Shown piece by piece: positions 57,596 to 64,000 of a stretch of 64,000 nt of DNA (positions are counted from its first letter, which is position 1; every line of letters begins with the position of its first letter). The DNA lies in the NCBI GenBank assembly GCA_000002445.1, contig CH464491.1:192001-256000 (forward strand). The letters run 5' to 3'. Under the pieces are notes generated by a model that was not told the DNA's origin, did no database searches, and worked only from the letters and a program-made list of their open reading frames with translations. The position numbers and the translations under genes were made by a program. The DNA is from Trypanosoma brucei (lineage: Eukaryota).

Positions 57596-57722
57596 AATTC
57601 TTTTCCCCCCTCTTCCCCTTATTTTGTCGTTCACAATCCTGATTTGCTCCTCGGAATTTCTCTTTGGATTGCTAAGGTGGCTCCCCTTACCTTATTGTTG
57701 TTGTTTTGCTCGCCGCTATCAA
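57596..57722 (+). promoter_or_regulatory. Polypyrimidine tract plus AG upstream of the NUP gene (putative trans-splice acceptor region)
   Basis: ttcttttcccccctcttccccttattttgtcgttcacaatcctgatttgctcc…cttaccttattgttgttgttttgctcgccgctatcaAG precedes ATG 57751. Confidence 0.5.
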
Positions 57723-57750
57723 GTGACTTCCTTAGTGTACTTAGTCCCTC

Positions 57751-60700
57751 ATGAGCGCAGGATTCGGAGGTGGTTTTGGCCAACCGGCAGCAACGGGATT
57801 TGGTCAGCAGCCTACCGGTGGTTTTGGGCAAGCACCGCAGGGTGGGGCGTTTGGCCAGGTTGCTCCAGCGGCTACTGGTTTTGGTCAGCCCTCTCAGAGT
57901 GCTGTCACCGGAGGTTTCGGGCAGACAAATACTGGTGGTTTCGGACAACCTGCAGCAACTGGTTTCGGTCAACCTGCTCAGGGTGCTGTCACCGGAGGTT
58001 TCGGGCAGACAAATACTGGTGGTTTCGGACAACCTGCAGCAACTGGTTTCGGTCAACCTGCTCAGAGTGCTGTCACCGGAGGTTTCGGGCAGACAAATAC
58101 TGGTGGTTTCGGTCAGCCTGCTCAGGGTGGGTTTGGCCAGACAGCGGCAGCGGCTAACGCCTTTGGACAGGCGGGCCCCTCAGGTGGCTTCGGGCAGACA
58201 AATACTGGTGGATTCGGCCAGCAGTCCAACAGTGGGTTTGGTCAAGCTGGTCGGGGCGCGACAGCCGGATTTGGGCAGCCCGGAACTGGTTTTGGTCAAC
58301 CAGCTACCGGAGGATTCGGTCAAGCAACTTCTGCCTCTCCATTTGGACAAGCAGCGGCAGGCCGCGGTGTTGGTGGTGGTTTTGGTACTGCGGCTGGCAC
58401 AGTTGGTGGTTTTGGGCAGCCTGCTGCGACGGGTGGTTTCGGTCAAACGGCAACTACAGGTGGATTCGGGCAGCCTGCTCAGGGAGCTGCAGCTGGTGGT
58501 TTTGGTCAACCAGCTACCGGAGGATTCGGTCAAGCAACTTCTGCCTCTCCATTTGGACAAGCAGCGGCAGGCCGCGGTGTTGGTGGTGGTTTTGGTACTG
58601 CGGCTGGTACAGTTGGTGGTTTTGGGCAGCCTGCTGCGCCGGGTGGTTTCGGTCAAACGGCAACTGCAGGTGGATTCGGGCAGCCCGCTCGGGGAGCTGC
58701 AGCTGGTGGTTTTGGTCAACCAGCTACCGGAGGATTCGGTCAGGCAACTTCTGCCTCTCCATTTGGACAAGCAGCGGCAGGCCGCGGTGTTGGTGGTGGT
58801 TTTGGTACTGCGGCTGGCACAGTTGGTGGTTTTGGGCAGCCTGCTGCGACGGGCGGTTTCGGTCAAACGGCAACTACAGGTGGATTCGGCCAGCCTGCTC
58901 AGGGAGCAAATACTTTCGGACAGGGGACTCCTTCGGCTGGTGGTTTTGGGCAGGCCGGTCGAGGCGTGACTGGAGGCTTCGGTCAAACTGGCGTGACCGG
59001 TGGTTTCGGGCAAACGGCAACTACAGGCGGATTTGGCCAACCTGCTCAGGGGGCTGCAACCGGTGGTTTTGGTCAAGCTGGTCGGGGCGCAGCGGACGGA
59101 TTTGGTCGACCTGCTCAGGGAGCTGCAGCTGGTGGTTTTGGTCAACCAGCTACCGGAGGATTCGGTCAAGCAACTTCTGCCTCTCCATTTGGACAAGCAG
59201 CGGCAGGCCGCGGTGTTGGTGGTGGTTTTGGTACTGCGGCTGGCACAGTTGGCGGTTTTGGGCAGCCTGCTGCGCCGGGTGGTTTCGGTCAAACGGCAAC
59301 TACAGGTGGATTCGGCCAGCCCGGTCGGGGAGCTGCAGCTGGTGGTTTTGGTCAACCAGCTACCGGAGGTCTAGGGCTCGCGGGCGGAAGTGGTTTTGGC
59401 GCTGCTGCCGGCGCTGGTGGGTTTGGGCAGCAAAGCACTGCTTCCCCGTGGGGTGGTGGTGCCACCCCTGCGGCACCTGTCGATGTGTCTCTCCTGAACC
59501 TTCCGGAGTTTGCCGACAAGCCTTATGGCAACGTTTTACTCTTTGCGCCTGAGAAGCCACCAAAAAAACCAATTTCAGTTGGTCATACACCATCTCCAGC
59601 TGCCCCCTTCAACCCCATCTCGGTACCACGTTACCAACAAAGGATACCGGTGGGTATCCCAGCACCCACAGTGTCCGCTAACGTGAAGCTTCAACCTACG
59701 CCTTTTTCAACCTCAGCCTTATCCTCAGTGGAGCTTCGTGAATTGTTGAACGCTTCAAAAGTTAACTTGGGGGTATCCGATGATGTCCAAAAAATCGACT
59801 CACCGAAGGTCTCGCGGGTGGTGGCAGCTGGTGAGAAGCCGCCTTCACATGATGCGGCGGTCTTTGCGCCTGTGTGCTCAAAAGAGGAGTATATACTGGA
59901 TCCACCTCTAGCCACACTACAGGGGCTTGCGGTTCGACAGTTGCAGGAGGTTTATGGTTTTAGTGTTTACCGCCGGGATGGTAAGTGCTCCGTTCACTTT
60001 CTTGAGCCTGTGAACCTTGTTCGATGTGATATCGCTGAGATCGTTGAGCTTCGTCCTAGTGGTGAAGTTAAGCTTTATCCATGTGTGCAAAACCCTCCCT
60101 CCATCGGCCAAGGTCTCAATGTGAAAGCTCGTGTAACCGTGAACGGTGTTATTGGGACGACAAGCAACGACCTTCTTATCCGCTGCCAGAAAGAAGGTAA
60201 CAGATTTGAGTCTTACGATGTGAACACGGGGACGTGGGTTTACGTGATGAATGTTGGCGACGATGGTCAAAATGAATATGACGATGCTGACCGCGAAGTT
60301 GACATAGTCGAGACTGATACGCAGGTCCAAGATGGTGAGCAGTTTCCTGTTGCCAATGATATTGCTGACGGCGGGGTGCGTGCTATTTCCCAGCTGGACA
60401 CATGTGCCCAATTGAAAAGGTCTGATCCACCGTCACCACCATTTCTACAACAGCAGCAGCAGGTGCCCGTATTGCACCAAAATGAAGCGGTTTCAGCATT
60501 GTCGTTTTCACGGTATGCCCCATTTGACGATCAGTCTCTTATTCTTCCGCAACGCACGCAGAGGGTGTCTGTGCTGCGACAAGCTGTGCACCGCCCTGCT
60601 GCGGATACAACCTCGGGGATCTCCGACTTCGAACTGCCGTACACGCTTCCCAGCCCCAAGAAAACCCCTCTCTGTGAGCGGAAGGGCCCGTTGGTCGTGA

Positions 60701-62412
60701 AGGAACCCTACGCGAAGGCACACGGGCCTGTTTACGTTGTGAAGAGGGAGGACAGTAAGATGTACGAAATGAATGCAAGCGTGGTTTCGCGGGGCGCAAT
60801 GGCAAGTCTGAGTCGGAGTTTCCGATGTGGGTGGTGCACCGGAGGGCGTCTGGTTGCCCCAATGTTCGCCTGGGTTCGTGACGGGACAGAGAGTAGGCAT
60901 TCTGTGGATGAAGTTCTCGGCTCGCGAGTGGTTATGTCAACTGTTTACTTTGCCCATGCAACAAGTAAGCACTACTTGCAGAGTTGCGCCATATCAGTAC
61001 TGCGCGCGCTGTGTCGGCACGCGCACAGGGTGGATGCCTCTTCGGACAAGGAAGGCTTTTTCCCGCTTCTGGAGCTAGGATTGTGCCGAGACACCGGCTC
61101 CACCTCCCTTTCGACCGAAAAGTTACGTGAGGTTATCGCTGCTGTCGATGCCGTTCGTTTCGACGGAGCTTCTGCAGTGGGGGAGTCCACGGCACGGCAA
61201 GCCAAAACAATTCTTTCTCTACTCGATGCCCTTTATGGATTGCCTGATGCCGACGAGGCAGACAAAAATGCCATTACTGAGAGGCGTTACCTCACTCAAC
61301 TGCGGAGGCGGAACCTGAATTCGTGGTTGAAGACGGAGCTGGAATATATGGATTTGTGGACCGACCTGGACGTGGATGCGAACCCATCGCAAAAGTTACT
61401 TCGGAAGTTGCTGTGCGGCAAGCTACGGGAGGCCTCGTCTGTGGCGAAGGCATTGGGGAGCACAGAACTTTCACGCGTTGTAGGAATATGTGGAGAGGGG
61501 AACCATTTTGGGAGCTACGTGCAGACGTCCGACAATAGTTGCATAGACGAAGCACTTGGCATCCGGGAGCGTGTGGTGAGCCTCCTCTCTGGTATTGTTG
61601 AGCCTTTTGTCTCTCAGCCCCAGTACGCGTGGGCTGAGGACGAAAAGGGTGGCCGCACCGTTGCGAAGGTGCCATTGGCAGCAACATGGAAGCAGTTGCT
61701 GGGAGTATTTGCCTTCTACGGCTGCACACCTGACAGCTCCGCGGAGGAGACAATTGACTGTTTTCTCAAACGGCTTCGAGCACCAACCTCACGTCGTGAG
61801 AATTCCTTTCCTCCATACGCTGAACGTATCTCAGCTGACAAACTAGGAACAGGTCGCGGTCGGAGTTTCGTTTCCCTCGGGGAGTGGTTTCCTGATGCCG
61901 CGCTGAGCCTGTTGGAGGGTTTCGCGATGGGTGTGGCTCCCGCCGCCACTGCACTTCATCCACATTCATCAAGTTACTGTGCAACGGATTACTTGACACC
62001 ATTCATAATTATAGTAAGTGTCCGTGCTTTGAAGTTACAGCGCACAGACACCTATGACGACGCTGAAACAAAAGCACTTCTGGGGTTTGCCGCAGCGCTG
62101 GAGTGTCTTAGTGATGCGTGGTTCTGGGCTTTACTGCCGCTCCATATGATAGTTGACGACAAGTGCCGGGCTGTGGCTGTTGAGCAGTGTTTGCGCCGTA
62201 ACGCCCACCGGTTCCAGGGAGGGGCGTGCCGCACCAACACGGACTACGTACATTTGGCAGAGCTGTTGAAAATTAATGCTCGGCTGTTAGATGTGGAGAT
62301 GCTGTTAGAGAAAGTCCCGGCAGATGCACCTGTGAATGCGCCAAGCATTCGCACTCACTCGTCTCTGCAGGAAGCGCTTCACCGTTTCAGTCGGGGGTTT
62401 ACAAAGAGATGA
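57751..62412 (+). CDS. NUP158: Nup98-96-type FG nucleoporin (kinetoplastid Nup158-like)
   Basis: A 1553-aa product. The N-terminal ~565 aa is a GGFGQ/FGQ FG-repeat array. The segment …SVYRRDGKCSVHFLEPVNLVRCDIAEIVELRPSGEVKLY…GLNVKARVTVNGVIGTTSNDLLIRCQKEGNRFESYDVNTGTWVYVMN… aligns by eye to the Nup98 autoproteolytic domain (…VTLDGVWP…LIKSP…YRPETGSWVFKVSHF). It is followed by a ~700-aa helical Nup96-like C-terminal half. Confidence 0.85.
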   Translation: MSAGFGGGFGQPAATGFGQQPTGGFGQAPQGGAFGQVAPAATGFGQPSQSAVTGGFGQTNTGGFGQPAATGFGQPAQGAVTGGFGQTNTGGFGQPAATGFGQPAQSAVTGGFGQTNTGGFGQPAQGGFGQTAAAANAFGQAGPSGGFGQTNTGGFGQQSNSGFGQAGRGATAGFGQPGTGFGQPATGGFGQATSASPFGQAAAGRGVGGGFGTAAGTVGGFGQPAATGGFGQTATTGGFGQPAQGAAAGGFGQPATGGFGQATSASPFGQAAAGRGVGGGFGTAAGTVGGFGQPAAPGGFGQTATAGGFGQPARGAAAGGFGQPATGGFGQATSASPFGQAAAGRGVGGGFGTAAGTVGGFGQPAATGGFGQTATTGGFGQPAQGANTFGQGTPSAGGFGQAGRGVTGGFGQTGVTGGFGQTATTGGFGQPAQGAATGGFGQAGRGAADGFGRPAQGAAAGGFGQPATGGFGQATSASPFGQAAAGRGVGGGFGTAAGTVGGFGQPAAPGGFGQTATTGGFGQPGRGAAAGGFGQPATGGLGLAGGSGFGAAAGAGGFGQQSTASPWGGGATPAAPVDVSLLNLPEFADKPYGNVLLFAPEKPPKKPISVGHTPSPAAPFNPISVPRYQQRIPVGIPAPTVSANVKLQPTPFSTSALSSVELRELLNASKVNLGVSDDVQKIDSPKVSRVVAAGEKPPSHDAAVFAPVCSKEEYILDPPLATLQGLAVRQLQEVYGFSVYRRDGKCSVHFLEPVNLVRCDIAEIVELRPSGEVKLYPCVQNPPSIGQGLNVKARVTVNGVIGTTSNDLLIRCQKEGNRFESYDVNTGTWVYVMNVGDDGQNEYDDADREVDIVETDTQVQDGEQFPVANDIADGGVRAISQLDTCAQLKRSDPPSPPFLQQQQQVPVLHQNEAVSALSFSRYAPFDDQSLILPQRTQRVSVLRQAVHRPAADTTSGISDFELPYTLPSPKKTPLCERKGPLVVKEPYAKAHGPVYVVKREDSKMYEMNASVVSRGAMASLSRSFRCGWCTGGRLVAPMFAWVRDGTESRHSVDEVLGSRVVMSTVYFAHATSKHYLQSCAISVLRALCRHAHRVDASSDKEGFFPLLELGLCRDTGSTSLSTEKLREVIAAVDAVRFDGASAVGESTARQAKTILSLLDALYGLPDADEADKNAITERRYLTQLRRRNLNSWLKTELEYMDLWTDLDVDANPSQKLLRKLLCGKLREASSVAKALGSTELSRVVGICGEGNHFGSYVQTSDNSCIDEALGIRERVVSLLSGIVEPFVSQPQYAWAEDEKGGRTVAKVPLAATWKQLLGVFAFYGCTPDSSAEETIDCFLKRLRAPTSRRENSFPPYAERISADKLGTGRGRSFVSLGEWFPDAALSLLEGFAMGVAPAATALHPHSSSYCATDYLTPFIIIVSVRALKLQRTDTYDDAETKALLGFAAALECLSDAWFWALLPLHMIVDDKCRAVAVEQCLRRNAHRFQGGACRTNTDYVHLAELLKINARLLDVEMLLEKVPADAPVNAPSIRTHSSLQEALHRFSRGFTKR
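57901..58152 (+). repeat. Tandem 84-bp repeat (x3) inside the NUP FG domain (28-aa unit AVTGGFGQTNTGGFGQPAATGFGQPAQG)
   Basis: Near-identical copies begin at 57901, 57985 and 58069. Confidence 0.9.
58291..59390 (+). repeat. Tandem 210-bp repeat (~5 copies, one diverged) inside the NUP FG domain (70-aa unit …GGFGQPATGGFGQATSASPFGQAAAGRGVGGGFGTAAGTVGGFGQPAA…)
   Basis: The string tttggtcaaccagctaccggaggattcggtcaagcaacttctgcctctcc recurs at 58291, 58501 and 58711 (exact 210-bp spacing), then at 59137 and partially at 59347. The copy at ~58921 is diverged. Confidence 0.9.
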
Positions 62413-63706
62413 GAACAGTGGAAGGCAAACAGAGGTTGGAAATATAGGGTGATGCGAAGGTGACGAGGGTTGGTGAATGAAAAGGATGTTGGGAATATAA
62501 ATATTGAAGAGAAGAAATTAAGGAGTCAAAATAGAGCGGAAAGATGTCTCGTCGGTTTGTATGCTGCGGACACTCGACGGTCATTGTGCTAGGTAGCTTT
62601 GTAGGGAAGACATGCTACAGCCAATGGCACGTGCGGTGAGTGTGGTGTCAGGACGGTGGTAAGGGAGGAAGAAAATAATAATATAAGGCGACGGTGAAAT
62701 GGATGGTTGACCGACCCCGCGACTATCCTGTTGCTGAACATATTTATGCAGTGCGGAGAAAACTGTAGACCGCTTCCTCACTGTAATGTTAGTGTCATCA
62801 ACGCACTCTTACTGTTTTAAAGTGTCGTATGCAACGGTGCGTGGTGGTGTGTTTGACGACTTAATGTGCCGGATGTTTGTATTGCGAACTACTTGATTTT
62901 ATCTTTAACCTTAGAGCTACAACGTTTTTTTTCTTTCTCCTCCTTTCCTTTTCATCTATCTGTAGAGTACATATGGGAGGAAAGGGTTAAATGTGTATTT
63001 TTAAATTTTGTATTCGCCTGGGAGCAGTTGTTAATTGTGATGGGGTCGCGCAAATTTTCATGGCATAAGTCACTTCTCCGCCGTGTAGGTCTCAACCGTC
63101 CGACAATGAGGAGTACACGATGCGACTTTGTGGGGCTTAAGGTGTACGTTATGTCTTACCTCGCTTCAGGCGTTAGTTGCAGACTTCGAAGGCGCAGATA
63201 AAGGGATGTGAATGCCATTCTGCAGCTTCAATAACCGTTTCACCTTCTTTAATGCACAAATACGTGGCGGTGACAGCGGCGAGACGGAAGGGGATACATA
63301 CAGATGAAACCCTGCTGTTTATTGTTTTTTTTTTCGCACTGCGTGTGATGATTGGCGTGTAGATGTTACTTTGGGCGGTGACGCCCGTGTTTGTCTCCAT
63401 TGTGTTCCATTTCATTCCACTTTTGTAAACTTTTTCCTTTTTGCTCTTTTTGTTGACCTTTTCATTTGGGGTCGGAAGGGTTCCGCCTGGCTTGGGGCGG
63501 TAGTGGTTTTTCGGGGTGGTGGGTTGAATTCGACCAAATTGACACACAAAAAGGGAGGAAGTCAAAAGGGTGAGGGAAGCCAGGCGGGGAGGGGACATAA
63601 AAAATTTCAATTCGGTGAACACCGTGTACGTGTGTAAGTTTGAGTGTGAGGAACAAAAACATTTGCAACGTTTCGCAGCATTCTTGAAGAGTTCTCTTAG
63701 TGGTAA

Positions 63707-63724
63707 GTGTGTGTGTGTGTGTGT
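63707..63724. repeat. (GT)9 microsatellite
   Basis: gtgtgtgtgtgtgtgtgt read directly. Confidence 0.9.
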
Positions 63725-63816
63725 CTGTGGGCGAGGGTGGAATGTTCTTCACACATGGGCCGTCCTTTTCGCTTCGGTATCAAAATAGTGGACGGATTGG
63801 GGATGTCCATGTATTC

Positions 63817-64000
63817 ATGAAGAACCTCTACCGCTTTTGGGTCTACAAGGGCCTCTGGTTCTCGTGCTTGGCGTCCTTGGTGGACTTTCTTAATAGCGTT
63901 GTCGTGTTCTGTCTCGTGGTATTCCTCACAACAGTGTTTGATTGGCCGGTTGCGGCCGCCTGCGACGAGGTGAGCTGTGGAACCGTAACCTTAACCCATC
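63817..64000 (+). CDS. Partial CDS (5' end) of a hydrophobic/membrane protein, continues beyond the window
   Basis: ATG at 63817 with the frame open to the window end (MKNLYRFWVYKGLWFSCLASLVDFLNSVVVFCLVVFLTTVFDWPVAAACDEV…). It is not in the ORF track because no stop is reached. Only 61 codons are visible. Confidence 0.25.
   Translation, partial: MKNLYRFWVYKGLWFSCLASLVDFLNSVVVFCLVVFLTTVFDWPVAAACDEVSCGTVTLTH

Noticed and set aside
57770-59355. Long alternative-frame and antisense ORFs (57770-58969 +, 399 aa; 58180-59355 -, 391 aa) overlapping the nucleoporin FG region
   Set aside because: They are by-products of the tandem 84/210-bp repeats. A repeat with no stop in one frame tends to be open in other frames. 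Their products are low-complexity (LVVLVNQLPEDS…, TKTTTNTAACRCLSKW…) and overlap a well-supported gene.

Overview
This 64 kb window reads as nuclear DNA from a trypanosomatid (Trypanosoma-like). It is intron-less, and every convincing protein-coding gene (about 22) lies on the + strand, consistent with a single directional polycistronic transcription unit. Genes are separated by pyrimidine-rich tracts followed by AG (spliced-leader acceptor context), low-complexity sequence, (TA)n/(GT)n microsatellites and long homopolymer runs. The provided ORF track uses bacterial-style start rules (several 'M' starts are really TTG/GTG), so many CDS starts were moved to the first in-frame ATG; all starts remain approximate.

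Genes recognised from the translations include a Skp1-like protein, a PHO80-like cyclin, a Ser/Thr kinase with large inserts, prefoldin subunit 4, a Bud32/PRPK (KEOPS) kinase, an LRR plus coiled-coil protein, a uL23-like ribosomal protein, cyclophilin A and NADP-isocitrate dehydrogenase. Also present are a CAND1/TIP120 HEAT-repeat protein, a degenerate RNase III-like protein with a mitochondrial presequence, an RRM/MIF4G-like RNA-binding protein, a Cdc48/PEX-type AAA ATPase, and a 1553-aa Nup98-96-type FG nucleoporin. Several hypothetical proteins carry TPR, RhoGAP-like or coiled-coil regions.

No rRNA, tRNA, CRISPR array, transposon or prokaryotic defence-like system is evident. I do not think this window contains an undescribed 'system'; it looks like ordinary housekeeping chromatin of a kinetoplastid.

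The most notable structure is the FG domain of the nucleoporin gene, built from nested, nearly identical tandem DNA repeats (84-bp and 210-bp periods), with an apparently non-canonical autoproteolytic motif. Also worth a second look are a 5 kb gene-free, low-complexity stretch (4.3-9.3 kb) and several unusual homopolymers (T13G10, G11, C15, T12A9). From memory, the cyclophilin A - IDH - Nup98/96 neighbourhood resembles T. brucei chromosome 11 synteny; this is unverified.
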